Source: Lobosporangium transversale (lineage: Eukaryota). Taken from it: a stretch of 35,870 nucleotides of DNA. The DNA lies in NCBI RefSeq assembly GCF_002105155.1, contig NW_019029081.1, forward strand, positions 1 to 35,870, given 5' to 3'. A program made the position numbers and the translations under genes. The notes beneath the pieces were generated by a model. That model ran no database searches and was not told the origin of the DNA. It saw only the letters and a list, made by a program, of their open reading frames with translations. This document shows positions 34,303-35,870 of this stretch, piece by piece (position 1 is the first letter of the stretch; each line of letters begins with the position of its first letter).

Positions 34303-35870
34303 TCATGCTCGGAATACTGCTGCCTCATCCATACGGCTGCTTGTTCTATTTGCTTGACCCTCAGAGTCGCTGCCACTACAACTAGTAGTGCTCTCCTCAG
34401 TATTATTCATATTATGACTAGTATGGCTGTTTTTATGAAGCTGTTTCCTCTTTCTTCTCATATACCTGCGTCTTCGTTGGAAGGGTCCCCAAATACATCC
34501 GACCACGACCAACCGACCTGCCTCGAACAACAAGAAGCCGATCACGACCCAAGCGATAAAATAGGCAATGAGGTCATACCGAAAAAACACATAGCTCTCA
34601 TGACAGAACCCACCTTCGGGTGAGAATGAATACATCCCTGTCTTATCCCCCCAGAACATTCTAAAGTAATTGCCCAAAAGGGTCGGAGGGGCAGACCAGA
34701 AATAATCTGGGTTCTCAACAGGATAGGACATGTACAGGGTTCCTGCCGGATCAAATAAAAAAGAGGTCCTACGAGCCCTTAATTGATCCATGATATTGGC
34801 TGCTGTTCGATTCCCGTTGGTATTGAGGATGGTCCAACTGTAGGCGGTCGAATCTGGATAATGAACATCTGTGCCCGTGATCAAGAGTAGATTGTGATCT
34901 TGAATGAATTTGAGTGAGATTGTATCCAATGTTGCCCCATTCACAATCTCGAACCCATCAATGCCCATCTCCACCAGAGCTTCTCGACTCGGATGTCTTT
35001 GCATCCTTGGCAAATTGTAACCGTATTCTAAGGAAATGATATATATATATATAAACCATTATTAAAATCAGTGAAAAAGGAGATTGGAAAAAAAAAAAAA
35101 AAAAAAAAAAATCAAACGAACTTCAAGGAGTAAGATACTTTTGATTGTTTGTTTTGATTGTTTACCTGTGGCATTGCTCCATGGGATATGGTTGATGATG
35201 GCCAATCCTCCAAGTTGATGAGTCCTATCGATCGTTGCCTTGATTTGTTCATCCGTTGGCCACTTTGTCATTGCAATATCAATAGTCTCATTAATCCCAA
35301 TCAGGTTCATATGGAATCGACAGCATCTATCAGTTATAACAAGTAAATATAAATAAATAAGAATTAATAAAAATAAAAATAAAAAATAATAGAACATCAG
35401 TATGCTAATCTGTTCAATTATTCTATTTTAGGCCAAGAAAACAAGAAAACAAGAAAAAGAAGAAGAAGAACTAAATATAACGAAAAGAAATGAAATATAA
35501 AAAAAAAATATATATATATATATAAAAAAAAAAAAAAAGGAAAAAAGAGAGAGACGTACGATAATTCCATGGCTGGGATTACAGTGATCTTGTCTGCATA
35601 TTTTTCGAGCGCAATTTCCTGAGCTGCTAATCCTCCTTCGATCGTATTATGATCGCTTACAATCACAGCATTATATCCATTCGCTATATATATCAGGTAA
35701 AGTCAATAAATGTTTACAAAATACAATATTCATCTTTTTTTTTTTTTTTTTTTTTTTTTTTTCTTTCCTTTTCGACTTACCAATATGCCATTTCAACAAT
35801 GTCTCCGGGTCCATCCTTCCATCCGAATACCATGAATGAGAATGTCCGTCCAACAAGACATCGTATTGAT
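34303..35870 (-). CDS. PHP-domain (polymerase/histidinol phosphatase-like) metallophosphoesterase with a C-terminal TM helix, 5' partial. Exons >35870..35781, 35683..35560, 35326..35166, 35027..34303
   Basis: PHP motifs in order across phase-consistent exons: DGHSHSWYSDG, VSDHN, PAMEL, FHMN, INHIP, GFEIVNG, TGTDVH. TM segment LIAYFIAWVVIGFLLF is followed by a basic cluster. Confidence 0.88.

Larger units (their letters stand above)
1714..35762. repeat. Dispersed long poly(A)/poly(T) tracts (typically 15-35 nt) in most introns and UTR/intergenic regions
   Basis: Directly visible, e.g. 1714-1743, 5122-5155, 21927-21957, 30097-30127, 30439-30475. Confidence 0.95.

Overview
Intron-rich, AT-rich eukaryotic DNA with very frequent 15-35 nt poly(A)/poly(T) tracts. 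Gene content and style point to an early-diverging fungus (Mucoromycota, probably Mortierellaceae; this is an inference). Splicing by hand gives 11 genes: a 4-LIM paxillin-like protein (5' partial), a 9-exon LAMMER/CLK kinase, mitoribosomal mS38/Cox24-like (GC-AG intron), a secreted C-type-lectin-like protein, an NsdD-type GATA factor, a ~1470 aa PPR-like hypothetical protein, a Bet1/Sft1-like SNARE (GC-AG intron, not in the ORF track), two tandem divergent Pot1-like OB-fold genes (almost invisible in the ORF track), an augmin HAUS3-like protein and a PHP-domain membrane protein (5' partial). The most novel-looking signals are the tandem OB-fold paralog pair with shared intron positions, the fungal C-type lectin-like domain, and unusual splicing features (AG acceptors directly after poly(A), GC donors, a CLK1-exon-4-like cassette). 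No rRNA, tRNA, CRISPR array or transposon was recognised.
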